A stretch of 64,000 nt of DNA. Source: a virus (lineage: Duplodnaviria > Caudoviricetes). The notes under the pieces were generated by a model. It did no database searches and was not told where the DNA came from. It was given only the letters and a program-made list of their open reading frames with translations. Positions 27,766 through 37,558 of the stretch are shown here, in pieces. A program made the translations under genes and the position numbers. How positions within the stretch are numbered: position 1 is the first letter of the stretch; the number at the start of each line of letters is the position of its first letter. The stretch spans positions 128,001 to 192,000 of IMG/VR virus record IMGVR_UViG_3300029288_000067; one strand, written 5' to 3'.

Positions 27766-28110
27766 TTAAATAATCGCCCGAAGTTCCAAAAACATTTTGT
27801 TGAGATTTTCTGTTGCTTCTTTTTCCAAGGCCAACAATTCTTCCATACTCGTGATGTTGTATTCCTTGAAAATTGCCGATAACTTTGCCTGCAGGGTTTT
27901 TTCTTTTTCTGCAATCTGTGCCTCCAACTGGATCAAACTCTTATCAATTGCAGAACAATGTGAAGTAAGGGTATTGTACAGATTGGTTGCCGCTTCTGCG
28001 GATAATGTTGATACATCCACGGAAAAAATATTCTCATACTCCCCCAACTTTTGTTTAAAAAGAACCAATTCTTCAGGGGTCAATTTCTTCTCAATCTCAG
28101 CAAAGTTCAT
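27766..28110 (-). CDS. hypothetical coiled-coil protein
   Basis: 114 aa, heptad pattern, GAGG RBS. Confidence 0.65.
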   Translation of the reverse strand: MNFAEIEKKLTPEELVLFKQKLGEYENIFSVDVSTLSAEAATNLYNTLTSHCSAIDKSLIQLEAQIAEKEKTLQAKLSAIFKEYNITSMEELLALEKEATENLNKMFLELRAII

Positions 28111-28131
28111 TTTATACCTCTTTTATATTAT

Positions 28132-29319
28132 TTACAGTGTGATATCTTTAACCGACCGAAAGGGGTCAACACCTTTGGAGAGGATATCACGCATTGTTTC
28201 TTTTTTCAAGAGTGTTTGCTCTGAGGCTTTAAAAACAGTAATCCCTTTTTCTTTTGCCGAAGGACAAAACTCTACCCCGGGGCAATATGTGCAAGAGCTT
28301 TTATCCGCAGAAAGTTTCAAAAAGTTTGCTCCAAAAACATCAAGATCTGTCCCCATATTACTCTTCAAGAAGTGGGAAATCTCAATGCCCCGCTGCTGAA
28401 TTTTATTCAAATCTTCTTGGAAAGATTGTACATAATCTTGTGAAAAAGAAACATCCTTGGTCTTTCCCTTAGACCATTCCAAGAAAAACATTCTCCCGGG
28501 GATTTTCTTATACCCCTTATAAATCAAAGCACTGTAAAATTTCAATTGCTCATCTTTCACATATGCCGATAGATTGTACTTTCCATCGAATACTTCGTAT
28601 CCATCCTGTATATTTTTAATATCAAGAAATTCAATGGGATTCTCTTTATTGTGAATAAAATCCACATTACCTGTTAAAGTGAAAGGACCATGCTCTACCC
28701 GCAAATACACTTCCGAAAGAGTAGACATAAGATTGATCTTTTGTTCAAGAAACAATTCCAAAATCTTCGGAAGCATATCTTTCAATCTTTTCAGGAGATT
28801 TTCTTTCGAACCATATACAGAATTGAAGATATCCCAATCGATGAAACTGAGTTCAACACTTTTGAATACAGGATCAAGTTTGTATTTATCCCGAATCTCT
28901 TTCATTTTTTGGAATCCATGTGCTTTTTGGAAATAATCCTTTGTCCACTTGAATTCAGGCTCAAATTGCTGATCTACCCGAAAAGCAGATAAATGAAATA
29001 ATGCTTCCAAATTCATTTCAGCCCAACGCAAAATATCTCCCATATAGAGAAAGTTGGGGCGATTGAAAATACGATCATTAACAAAGGACTCGAACAACCT
29101 TTGCAGAATTGTACCAGGAATTGATCTGGATCCCTCTCTTTGTATTGGTGCCGTTGGGTATTTCTCTGAGGGTTTTGCAAAAGTGCGAACAAACCACAAG
29201 CCTTCACACGTTTTTGCCGCATCGTAGGAAGACCAAGAAAGTGTCAGGTGTTTTTTCTCAAATGCTGCCAAAGTTTTATTGACATCAAAAACAATTTTTT
29301 CGGGCTTTAGAAATTCCAT
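28132..29319 (-). CDS. PD-(D/E)XK exonuclease, Cas4/RecB-like with Fe-S cysteines
   Basis: LSWSS..C; SEVYL..GNVDFI..VFDGK..QLKFY; CTYCPGVEFC. Confidence 0.8.
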   Translation of the reverse strand: MEFLKPEKIVFDVNKTLAAFEKKHLTLSWSSYDAAKTCEGLWFVRTFAKPSEKYPTAPIQREGSRSIPGTILQRLFESFVNDRIFNRPNFLYMGDILRWAEMNLEALFHLSAFRVDQQFEPEFKWTKDYFQKAHGFQKMKEIRDKYKLDPVFKSVELSFIDWDIFNSVYGSKENLLKRLKDMLPKILELFLEQKINLMSTLSEVYLRVEHGPFTLTGNVDFIHNKENPIEFLDIKNIQDGYEVFDGKYNLSAYVKDEQLKFYSALIYKGYKKIPGRMFFLEWSKGKTKDVSFSQDYVQSFQEDLNKIQQRGIEISHFLKSNMGTDLDVFGANFLKLSADKSSCTYCPGVEFCPSAKEKGITVFKASEQTLLKKETMRDILSKGVDPFRSVKDITL

Positions 29320-29867
29320 TTGTCTTTTGCTTCTTTCTCAGATTCACATACAGGTCCTCGGGCATGACAGACATGACAAAGCATCTGATATTGCTCCACC
29401 CGCTTCTTTTTATCCCTGTGTTGGCTTTGAAATTTAGTGATTCTTGCAATGCCTTTCATACAGAAAGGGCACTGATTTTCTTTTCTTTGTGACTTTTCAT
29501 TGGCTACAACAGAGGCAAATCCAATGGTTTCTTGAACTAACTTCATAAGAGCGGGCTTATCTGCTTCCGTAAGATGGATCTTCAAGAATTGGGCATTCTT
29601 CAATAACTCTTGCTGTGCTTTTGTTGTACCTAAAACATCCGGAGTAAAGACTGTTTTTTTCTTCGGGGCCTCTACAACAATTTTTTCCTTTGAAGGCATT
29701 TTTACCCGACAATCTACACATCGAATTGATTCCAAAGAATCCGGATCCCGTTCTGCTTTATGGTTTACGAACCATGTCTCACAAAGCGAGATGGCAGAAG
29801 TTCCCTTAAAAGCATGTCCTTTATGAAATCTAAATTCTTCAATATTCCCATTTACCTTGAAATGCAT
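29307..29867 (-). CDS. zinc-finger protein (Lar-like C-terminal CPFC..CxxC..GP)
   Basis: CVDC and CPFC..CHVCHARGP..EAKDKWN. Confidence 0.5.
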   Translation of the reverse strand: MHFKVNGNIEEFRFHKGHAFKGTSAISLCETWFVNHKAERDPDSLESIRCVDCRVKMPSKEKIVVEAPKKKTVFTPDVLGTTKAQQELLKNAQFLKIHLTEADKPALMKLVQETIGFASVVANEKSQRKENQCPFCMKGIARITKFQSQHRDKKKRVEQYQMLCHVCHARGPVCESEKEAKDKWNF

Positions 29868-30940
29868 TATTCCTTATCCTTTGTTTTATTTAAAAATTCG
29901 ACTATGATATCGAAGACTTCTTTCTGTAGGTTAATACCCTGCAAATATACCATAGGATCTGAAATAAAGAAAGAGGAGGATTTAGAGATTTCAGATACAT
30001 CTTGCTTCAAATCCATTAATTTTTTCTGTATTTCTTGAGATTTCTCCAATTGCAACTGCAGGGAAACAAGATCAAATATTTCAGAAGATGGCTTAAAATT
30101 GGGGAATGGTTTATAGTTCATCCCAAATTTAAAACCAGTCTCGTCTTCGTCCAAGGTTATGACAGAATATGAGGGAATATGCAAATGCTCCAATATATCT
30201 GTCTGGTTGAAGTAGTCCTTAATAACCCGCCCAACACTCCATGGCTTCGAAGTGATGACATTCTTTGCCACATTCTGAAATGGAGGAAATGATAGATGGA
30301 TATGCCCCATAAGCAAAATGGAATTGTCCGGGAATAGATCCGTGAGTTCTTGGTATGTGAAAGATTCCCACAATTTTATTGCCATGGGTTGAGGGGTTGC
30401 ATCCACATGTACAAGAAACACATATAGGTTATCGCCGGTAGCATTCCCGTATCCCGCTGGGTTGAAATTCTTGAAGAATTCCTTCATTGCAGGGACATTG
30501 AGATAGGGGAGCCCAATAACACACATATTTGTGAACTTCTTGAAAGGCAATGGGATATTTACATAGAATGGGTATGATAGATTTCGAAAAACTCCAGGGA
30601 GAAGATCTGTCAGTGTTTTGTAGGGGGAATCCGGCAAATTAACCACAGCAGATTTCGGGAGATCATGGTTTCCTGGGATGCAAAACATGGGGGGAAAATC
30701 TGCAAAAAGCCTCTGATAATAATTAAGATCTCTAGGGGAATATGCCGCCTGATTCTTCAAATGAAACAAATCCCCAGAGAAGCATGTTGCATCTGCAGCC
30801 TCATCCTTGAAGGTTTGTTTCATTATCTCAATCTCTTGCCTTACATCCTCGTGATAATCCTTTGTTCGAGACTGGGGTATATGATTCAACGGGGATAGAT
30901 GTAGGTCTGTAAAATGGATTATTTTAAACATCAATGACAC
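29867..30940 (-). CDS. SbcD/Mre11-like metallophosphoesterase nuclease
   Basis: TDLH, GDLFH, GNHD, GHIH motifs; adjacent to the SbcC-like gene. Confidence 0.88.
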   Translation of the reverse strand: MSLMFKIIHFTDLHLSPLNHIPQSRTKDYHEDVRQEIEIMKQTFKDEAADATCFSGDLFHLKNQAAYSPRDLNYYQRLFADFPPMFCIPGNHDLPKSAVVNLPDSPYKTLTDLLPGVFRNLSYPFYVNIPLPFKKFTNMCVIGLPYLNVPAMKEFFKNFNPAGYGNATGDNLYVFLVHVDATPQPMAIKLWESFTYQELTDLFPDNSILLMGHIHLSFPPFQNVAKNVITSKPWSVGRVIKDYFNQTDILEHLHIPSYSVITLDEDETGFKFGMNYKPFPNFKPSSEIFDLVSLQLQLEKSQEIQKKLMDLKQDVSEISKSSSFFISDPMVYLQGINLQKEVFDIIVEFLNKTKDKE

Positions 30941-32190
30941 CCCTCAAGGGAATTGTTACAAAGCGGGCAGGTTTTGAATTCTTTTTTCTTTTCCAACAAC
31001 AGTGTTTTCAGATGAGTCGCCACCCGTATTTGGCTGTTTTGTTGTGTATTCTCCTCATATCCCACCAAAGACCTTAAAGACTCTTTTACTTTTACCTTGT
31101 GTAAGAAGACTACTGAGATTCCTGACAAAATGCTTCGGAGAATAGGCAAATACTTCCTCTGCCCCCGATCTGCATTTTCTTGCTGCCTTTGCAGGACACT
31201 AATTTCTTTTGTTTTCTGCATCGTTTGCAATTCCTGTCGGACTGTAAAAAGAAGAGTATGAAACTGTGCTAATGGCTTAACCCTCAATTGTTCTGCTTTT
31301 TGTTGCTCTATTTCTTGTTTTACTGAGATTCTTGTGTGTTTTAAATTACCCAATTTTTGAAGATCTTTTGCAAGAATTTGAAATAAATTTTTAAGCTCTC
31401 TGCATGGGGTTATTTGTTTTTTACTCTCAACAACAACCTCTAGCTCCTTTGCGATATTTTGCAATTCCTGCAAAGATGCCTTTATTCTTTTATCCACAGC
31501 AAGAGATGCTTCCACGGAGGTTATTGTTTTTTCCAAAGTATCCGACTTAATTTCCAAATCTTGCACGGAATCTTCCAGAACTTTTTTATTTTCCCCAAGA
31601 ACAATCAAATTACTCTCATGCTCTTTCAATGCTTTATTCTTCTTTATGGAGTCTGTTTTCAATTCCCGCAATGCTCTCTCAAATCGAGAAATGTCAAAGA
31701 CCTTGTTCAAAAAAGAGGTTGCTTCTACATCTGTTGCAGTGATAAGAAAAAGTTTGTCCAACTGCCCCCGGAAGTTGAGGTTGAAAAAATCCCCCCGCTC
31801 GGTTTCCACCTCTTTTAAAGCTAAATCTGCAAAAACTTCGGGAACCCCTTCTTTACCCACCTTTGGATAAACCTTAGAGGTACCATCATCGAAATACAAG
31901 GTGTATGAATTTTCAGGCTTTTTCAATACAATCTTTGATATATTGAAATTAGGGAACAATTCTATCAATCTTGGAGATTTATTCATAACCTCCAAGGAAA
32001 GAATGCATTCTTTTGTGCCATGCCGCAAATAAGATTCATTCCACTCATTGTAGAATACCGCACGAAGGGCTCGAATAATTGCAGTTTTACCCCGATTTGT
32101 TTCTCCAACAAAAGTATAAAACTTGGAATCTTCAAAATCTATTGTGAGGTCGGCAATGCTCTGAAAATTGACAATGCGAAGTCTGTACAT
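30931..32190 (-). CDS. SbcC/Rad50-like ATPase, N-terminal half only
   Basis: IVNFQS, Walker A GETNRGKT, coiled coil ending in a CPLC zinc hook; no signature or Walker B motif. Confidence 0.8.
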   Translation of the reverse strand: MYRLRIVNFQSIADLTIDFEDSKFYTFVGETNRGKTAIIRALRAVFYNEWNESYLRHGTKECILSLEVMNKSPRLIELFPNFNISKIVLKKPENSYTLYFDDGTSKVYPKVGKEGVPEVFADLALKEVETERGDFFNLNFRGQLDKLFLITATDVEATSFLNKVFDISRFERALRELKTDSIKKNKALKEHESNLIVLGENKKVLEDSVQDLEIKSDTLEKTITSVEASLAVDKRIKASLQELQNIAKELEVVVESKKQITPCRELKNLFQILAKDLQKLGNLKHTRISVKQEIEQQKAEQLRVKPLAQFHTLLFTVRQELQTMQKTKEISVLQRQQENADRGQRKYLPILRSILSGISVVFLHKVKVKESLRSLVGYEENTQQNSQIRVATHLKTLLLEKKKEFKTCPLCNNSLEGCH

Positions 32191-32200
32191 TCTTTATTCC

Positions 32201-32344
32201 CTATTTTATTGGTATTTCCACGGTATAACTTGCAACCACCGGGTTATTTCCCCCTTGATAAGAACACCCAACAATTGACCCAAAAGACATGAAAAAGTAA
32301 AAAACAATGAAAGACACAATTGCTAAATTAATGAATTTGTTCAT
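32201..32344 (-). CDS. small putative lipoprotein (47 aa)
   Basis: MNKFINLAIVSFIVFYFFMSFGSIVGC|SYQGGNNPVVASYTVEIPIK; hydrophobic core plus IVGC lipobox; fills an intergenic gap. Confidence 0.5.
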   Translation of the reverse strand: MNKFINLAIVSFIVFYFFMSFGSIVGCSYQGGNNPVVASYTVEIPIK

Positions 32345-32355
32345 ATCAAATACTT

Positions 32356-32808
32356 TTAGGACCGTTTCACACATACAACCTTTTCACACATCTTAATAAG
32401 TCTTCGGTTAATTCTTAATTCACCCCAGAGGGCAATATCATCCTCTTCGCTTTTAAACTTTTTCAAACATTTTTTTATCACGTTATGACAGGTTTTGATT
32501 TCCCCTCGATATTCTCGTAAACAATCCCTCGTAGCAGCAAGCATAGACCAATCCGGGTGAAATTTCGATTCTTGATGTTTTTTAAGTTCTGCTTGCAGGC
32601 TTTCAATTTCATCAAGGGCTTCCTCTAAACCTTTATCAGCTTTTCCTGCCCCGAAAGTATGATCTATACATTTCCTAAGCTCTTGTATTCGTTCTGGCTT
32701 CATTATTTGTCCCTCTAAAACCCACATATATAAAAACGCCTCAACACACTGTAACGCATGTTGAGGCATAAAATCAAGTTCTTTATGAGATAACCCGGTT
32801 ACCGCCAC
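32356..32808 (-). CDS. hypothetical protein
   Basis: ~150 aa, start uncertain. Confidence 0.55.
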   Translation of the reverse strand: MAVTGLSHKELDFMPQHALQCVEAFLYMWVLEGQIMKPERIQELRKCIDHTFGAGKADKGLEEALDEIESLQAELKKHQESKFHPDWSMLAATRDCLREYRGEIKTCHNVIKKCLKKFKSEEDDIALWGELRINRRLIKMCEKVVCVKRS

Positions 32809-33169
32809 CGATAATCATCGGACCCTTTGGAGGGGTTACAATCCCGGAAAGCTGGCTCTTAATAGTGTCTACGGTTTGAAAATAAGCACTCTTCAAATCA
32901 GCATCTTCAATCTCACAAAGGAATGCATCATACCCCATCCTCTTGAATTTCATGGTTCGAGAGACGGGAAGAAGAGGCCGAAGATACGAGGTCTTTTTTG
33001 GCTCTTGTGTCGTGGGGTCTTTTTGTACCATCACATCTAAAACCATTGGCAGGTTCCAATAGGTTGTTCCGTCAGTACATGTATATTCCTCGAAACAAAT
33101 AACTTCCAGGTTCTTTGTAAGAAAAGATCTGTAAACCATCCCGCCTTCTACACCAGTAATAGCCGTCAT
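32783..33169 (-). CDS. hypothetical protein (possibly Sm-like fold)
   Basis: Start re-called to MTAITG after AAGGAG; C-terminal SGIVTP motif. Confidence 0.5.
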   Translation of the reverse strand: MTAITGVEGGMVYRSFLTKNLEVICFEEYTCTDGTTYWNLPMVLDVMVQKDPTTQEPKKTSYLRPLLPVSRTMKFKRMGYDAFLCEIEDADLKSAYFQTVDTIKSQLSGIVTPPKGPMIIGGGNRVIS

Positions 33170-33206
33170 TAAAAAATCTCCTTGTATTATACTTTCAAAA
33201 CAATTG

Positions 33207-33443
33207 TTATTGTTTCTTTCTCCGAATGGGTTCAATGTGGGATTTCGTTTGATTCCTTGTGAGGGGTTTAAAATCTCTCGGAGGTTCTCCCCACATTTTA
33301 AATGTGGGGGCCGATACCAATCTAAATGCTGTGCTCCCACATTTGGGACAAACCTTCATATCTTCTACATCTTTAATTGAAGATACAATCTCAAAAACAT
33401 GCAGGCATTCCTCATTACTGCATCTAAAATCATACCATGGCAT
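33207..33443 (-). CDS. FmdB-family zinc-ribbon protein
   Basis: MPWYDFRC..C..FE..CPKCG..RLVSAP. Confidence 0.8.
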   Translation of the reverse strand: MPWYDFRCSNEECLHVFEIVSSIKDVEDMKVCPKCGSTAFRLVSAPTFKMWGEPPRDFKPLTRNQTKSHIEPIRRKKQ

Positions 33444-33478
33444 CTATTTATTCTCCTGATATTGGTTTTGATATTTAA

Positions 33479-33763
33479 TCACAGATTGACTTTTTTTGCA
33501 AGAACTTCTGGATCAAAATATACTTCTTTTGTTCTCCCGAATTTATCCGTGATAATTTTTGAATATGCTTTTGCAATCGGGCAGCAAAAGGACTCACAAA
33601 ATTGTGGTTTTCCTACTTTAATCATGCAACAATCAACAATTCTTCCTTTTTTGTGTGCAAGGATTCTACAATGCTTGAATTCATCGAATCCTTTTCTTTT
33701 TGCTTCCAAAACAGGGGGTTCCGGGGCGCATTGACCACAAGTGGGGCATTTATACATATTCAA
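33479..33763 (-). CDS. hypothetical Cys-rich protein
   Basis: CPTCG and further Cys pairs. Confidence 0.55.
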   Translation of the reverse strand: MNMYKCPTCGQCAPEPPVLEAKRKGFDEFKHCRILAHKKGRIVDCCMIKVGKPQFCESFCCPIAKAYSKIITDKFGRTKEVYFDPEVLAKKVNL

Positions 33764-34337
33764 CGTAGTCCTGCCAAAAAATAGGTATTTGAGGGTACTT
33801 CTTCAAAAATTCTTTTATTGGTTCGATCTCAATGCCTGGATATTTTGTTACACGGAATTCAAAGGGAATGTTGTGCTCAATGCAAGAATCAAAAGACTTG
33901 GAAATTTTATACAGATATTCATCATCAGAGATATCAGATTCTATTACTTTTTTCACATCTTTTGCTGCTTTTATATCAAAAGAGTACATATCCACCATTT
34001 TGAATTCGTTGCAGTACGCAATAATATCACAGTTGAAAGCATTGGAGAAAATTTTAACTTTTAGTTTAAAGGATTTGATTATCTCAATCAACCCTATTAG
34101 ATCTTTTCCCCATACCGTAGGCTCTCCTCCGGAAAGAACAACAGCAGTGTGCAGGGGATTTAGATTATCAATTAAAAGATTATTCACAGATTCTTTTAGC
34201 CACTTATCCGGATCATAAATAAATCCCTTAGAGTGGCAAAAAGAGCAGCGGAAATTACAAAGAGCACAACAAATTCCAAGAGATATTTCATTTTTATACT
34301 CTTGAAAAACTTCCGGGATAATCTTGGCAACTCTCAT
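33750..34337 (-). CDS. nrdG: anaerobic ribonucleotide reductase activating radical SAM protein
   Basis: CNFRCSFCH, VVLSGGEPT, FDIKA; downstream of nrdD. Confidence 0.88.
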   Translation of the reverse strand: MRVAKIIPEVFQEYKNEISLGICCALCNFRCSFCHSKGFIYDPDKWLKESVNNLLIDNLNPLHTAVVLSGGEPTVWGKDLIGLIEIIKSFKLKVKIFSNAFNCDIIAYCNEFKMVDMYSFDIKAAKDVKKVIESDISDDEYLYKISKSFDSCIEHNIPFEFRVTKYPGIEIEPIKEFLKKYPQIPIFWQDYVEYV

Positions 34338-34501
34338 TTTTTAGCTGCTTCCATGCATTTCTTGCATTTTTGCAAAGATTTCATTTTCAAGAAAATATTC
34401 TTATCCGTTAAGAACTTATCGCCTTTCACCTTCAACACTTCGACTTTTTCTCCACAAACAGTGGATTTTTCATCCTTCCGTAAATGAACTAACATTTTCA
34501 T
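34334..34501 (-). CDS. small Zn-binding hypothetical protein (55 aa)
   Basis: MKMLVHLRKDEKSTVCG..CKKC; ATGA overlap with nrdG; GGGG RBS. Confidence 0.5.
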   Translation of the reverse strand: MKMLVHLRKDEKSTVCGEKVEVLKVKGDKFLTDKNIFLKMKSLQKCKKCMEAAKK

Positions 34502-34515
34502 TCCCCTTTATGGAT

Positions 34516-34545
34516 AGCTCCCCGGAAAATATTTTCCGGGGAGCT
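34516..34545. repeat. perfect 30-bp palindrome / terminator-like hairpin after nrdD
   Basis: AGCTCCCCGGAAAAT|ATTTTCCGGGGAGCT. Confidence 0.75.
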
Positions 34546-34551
34546 TATTTT

Positions 34552-36558
34552 TTACGCATTCGTTTCAATTTCTGCCAAGATGTTTGTGTTGTCATAAGAG
34601 TGTCTTCCGGGGTAATCCACCATTCTTCGCACCTTATTCCACGCAGACACCTTACTAAGATATCCCACAACACGAGTGTATTCATTCACAATTTTTTCTT
34701 TACAGGCGGGGCATTCCTTTTGTTTACCGATGCTGTAATGTCCCGAAGCACATTCAACAAAAGCCCGATTAATTGCAAAATAGGTTGTTCCTGATTTTCG
34801 AGCTTGATTCAAAAGCATGAAGAACTGATCCGGAGTTAAAGCTTCTGCATCGTGCAAAGTAATATGCAGAATTGCGCCCCCGGAAGTCAAAGAATCATAT
34901 GTTCCTTGCAGTTTAAATCGATCATATATGGAGGCTTCTTCCCACAAAGGGAGATACTGATTTGAATATAGGTCAAATTTATTGGGGTTGTATCCAAGGA
35001 TTGTATCCAATTGACATAGTTTAACCGCTTGGGATTCTGCAGGAATTTGCTCACAATTCCAAATTGTTCCCTCAATTTCTTGCCAATGAATTAATTTGGA
35101 TTCTATTTTCTTGAGAAGTTTAACCCCTTCTACAATGGCAGATTCATCAGTTGCCTTCAAACCTTTATTCTTAAAGTATTCATGCATTCCCACAAAACCT
35201 ACCGTAGAGTATTGTCTCTTCAAAGAAATCCATCCAGAGGTATAAAGAGGGAGTGTGCCGGATTCAATATTGTGTTCAATCAGTTTTCGATGTGATGCAA
35301 GGATATTGTGTAAACATTGTGTTGTTTCTTCAAAAATATTGGGGTTGTCTTTTTCCAACAGAGCCATTCTTGGAAGATTGATGCCCGCACAACGATGGGA
35401 TCCAATAGATAATCCACCAACCCCGAAAGAGTTTGTATATCCAAGGCTTGAGCTTTTTGCAAGGTCCAGTTTCAAACGACAACAAGAGCTATATGATGTG
35501 GGTTCTCCAACGTACATGTTACCAAGACATTTTTCAGAGTTGATACTGCACACCCATTTTACGAAATCCGGGTCGATGAAATTTCCTTCAGGATCTTTTG
35601 AAATTGCCAGAGTCATAACAGGGAAAGTAAACAACCCTTCTTTTGAATTTATCTCGGTATAATATTCAAAAAAGGATTTGGACAACTCCGAAGAAGATTG
35701 CACATTTGCTTTTGTGTTGTCGGGAAGAATATAATCCTGTCCATTGATCCCTTCTTTTGTGAAAAGAGCTTTCATAAACCCCGAATCCATAACAGATAGG
35801 TTCGTAAAAGCAGATTGTCCCGCCCCCCGAAATGGGAAGTTTACGGAATAAATCCAGTTCTGAAATAAATTCTTGAGATGGGAGGAGATGATGGGGTCTG
35901 TTTTGATTCTTTGCGAATAATCCTCTCCAAATTCTTTCCGAAGGTACCAGTCAAGGCATACGAAAAAATCGGGGAAGGAGGCCGCCCCGGCAATTTGATT
36001 ACTAATATATGCAACAGTCTGGATCATAAGAGTAATAAATGTGTCAGATCGTTTGGGTGGATGAATCTTAAAGTTGCCTTTGAAGAAATTCATTCCTCCG
36101 AAAAGAAGGTTGCGAAGATCAAAAGAAAAACAGTAGGGGTAGTTATATTTTGTGGCATCATTTAAGAAAATTTCACCATTCATCAACTTCTCTAATGCAA
36201 TATCTGCATCTTTTTTACTGTAACACTTTTCAACCCACTCATACATCGTTGCAATAGAATTCAATTTCTGTAAAGCTTTTGTACTTTCAGCATCATAATG
36301 ACTAATATTTTTTTCCGAGACGTTTGCATTATCATCTACGGAAACATCTGCAATATTTGCAACAGATTTACTGAAAAAATCTTCAGAAAACAATGCAATA
36401 TCCAGATTTCTATTGGCAATACCAGAAACTTCAAAAACAGGATCCCCGTATTTTCTGTGCAATCGATTGAGGGTATTGATAAAATTTCGATTGAACGTAT
36501 GGCTTACGGAATATTCTTTCAAATTATCTGGAATTTGCTCAATAGGAATAGCGGTCAT
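34552..36558 (-). CDS. nrdD: anaerobic (class III) ribonucleoside-triphosphate reductase
   Basis: YC, QSAFTN, FTFPV, SSCCR, INLPR, EQIPAES, zinc motif and YTRVVGYL glycyl-radical loop. Confidence 0.95.
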   Translation of the reverse strand: MTAIPIEQIPDNLKEYSVSHTFNRNFINTLNRLHRKYGDPVFEVSGIANRNLDIALFSEDFFSKSVANIADVSVDDNANVSEKNISHYDAESTKALQKLNSIATMYEWVEKCYSKKDADIALEKLMNGEIFLNDATKYNYPYCFSFDLRNLLFGGMNFFKGNFKIHPPKRSDTFITLMIQTVAYISNQIAGAASFPDFFVCLDWYLRKEFGEDYSQRIKTDPIISSHLKNLFQNWIYSVNFPFRGAGQSAFTNLSVMDSGFMKALFTKEGINGQDYILPDNTKANVQSSSELSKSFFEYYTEINSKEGLFTFPVMTLAISKDPEGNFIDPDFVKWVCSINSEKCLGNMYVGEPTSYSSCCRLKLDLAKSSSLGYTNSFGVGGLSIGSHRCAGINLPRMALLEKDNPNIFEETTQCLHNILASHRKLIEHNIESGTLPLYTSGWISLKRQYSTVGFVGMHEYFKNKGLKATDESAIVEGVKLLKKIESKLIHWQEIEGTIWNCEQIPAESQAVKLCQLDTILGYNPNKFDLYSNQYLPLWEEASIYDRFKLQGTYDSLTSGGAILHITLHDAEALTPDQFFMLLNQARKSGTTYFAINRAFVECASGHYSIGKQKECPACKEKIVNEYTRVVGYLSKVSAWNKVRRMVDYPGRHSYDNTNILAEIETNA

Positions 36559-36677
36559 ACAGAAAAGCTCCTGATGGTTTAAAATTCAGTCCGGTATTAA
36601 TGAGGGTCTCACGATGATATTACTATATAATTTGTATCATTTTTCATAACAATAATCTGAGATATTCTACCACAATT

Positions 36678-36872
36678 TCAGGCTTTGTCAATCTCTTCTC
36701 TTATTCTTTTATTCTCTTTTTCTTCTTCGGCTAATAAAATGAAATAGCAAGCTTCCTTACGACAAGAACATTTAAAAACTTTGTATCTGCCGCAAGATCC
36801 ACCCCGACAATGATCTTTTATATTTGAATTCTCTTGTTCTAGGGCTTTCTTATTCCTCTTATTTTTTGCCAA
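36678..36872 (-). CDS. small hypothetical protein
   Basis: 64 aa, TTG start, Cys cluster. Confidence 0.4.
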   Translation of the reverse strand: MAKNKRNKKALEQENSNIKDHCRGGSCGRYKVFKCSCRKEACYFILLAEEEKENKRIREEIDKA

Positions 36873-36884
36873 AGGACAATCCTA

Positions 36885-37307
36885 TCAATCTGGAATTCTT
36901 ACATCATCATCTCTTGGAGTTAATTCTTTATCGTACAAATAACGATCCCAACGACCTTCATATTCTTTGGAAATAACATTCATAATCTTTGCACAACGAT
37001 TTTGAATGTCTACATTGTCTTTTGCAACTTTTTGCAAATCCTGAACCAATTTATTAAATTCATTAATTAATTCAGGGATTTCTTGACATTTTGGTTTATC
37101 CCCATGCACAGGACAAATTTTTTCTGCCTTCTTTGTTATTGATGGCTTTTCCTTAGCTCTTTCGCTGCTTCCTACGAAGTATTTGTTCCACAATGGGATC
37201 GCTATTATCCCGAATACTAAGACTATACTCATGAAAATCAGGTCTTCGGGAGTTGTCAACTTCGATACAATCTTTTCTATGACTTTCACAAACAGTTCTA
37301 TTACCAT
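36885..37307 (-). CDS. membrane protein (one TM segment plus coiled coil)
   Basis: LIFMSIVLVFGIIAIPLW; start uncertain. Confidence 0.6.
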   Translation of the reverse strand: MVIELFVKVIEKIVSKLTTPEDLIFMSIVLVFGIIAIPLWNKYFVGSSERAKEKPSITKKAEKICPVHGDKPKCQEIPELINEFNKLVQDLQKVAKDNVDIQNRCAKIMNVISKEYEGRWDRYLYDKELTPRDDDVRIPD

Positions 37308-37392
37308 GTCTGCTCTCCCAAAAAATTGCGACTCCACTTACAACACCGATAATTATTCCATAAAGAATAAAAGATACTAAAGCGTCAATCAT
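37153..37392 (-). CDS. small membrane protein overlapping the downstream gene
   Basis: AAGGAG RBS; N-terminal TM segment; ~155-nt out-of-frame overlap. Confidence 0.4.
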   Translation of the reverse strand: MIDALVSFILYGIIIGVVSGVAIFWESRHGNRTVCESHRKDCIEVDNSRRPDFHEYSLSIRDNSDPIVEQILRRKQRKS

Positions 37393-37558
37393 TCTAATAC
37401 TCCTTAAACCATCAGGAATTTATCGACAATAAAAAAGCAACCATGCACATAATCTGTGTGGTTGCTCATATTTAAATTGTCGAGTAGATTCTGCATTTGT
37501 AACATCCCAACATTAAAAATCTTCAAGGATGTTTAATGCAACATGTTTTTAATAGATC

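Noticed and set aside
28132-29319. cas4 as part of a CRISPR-Cas system
   Set aside because: Stand-alone Cas4/RecB-like nuclease within a replication/recombination operon; no other cas genes
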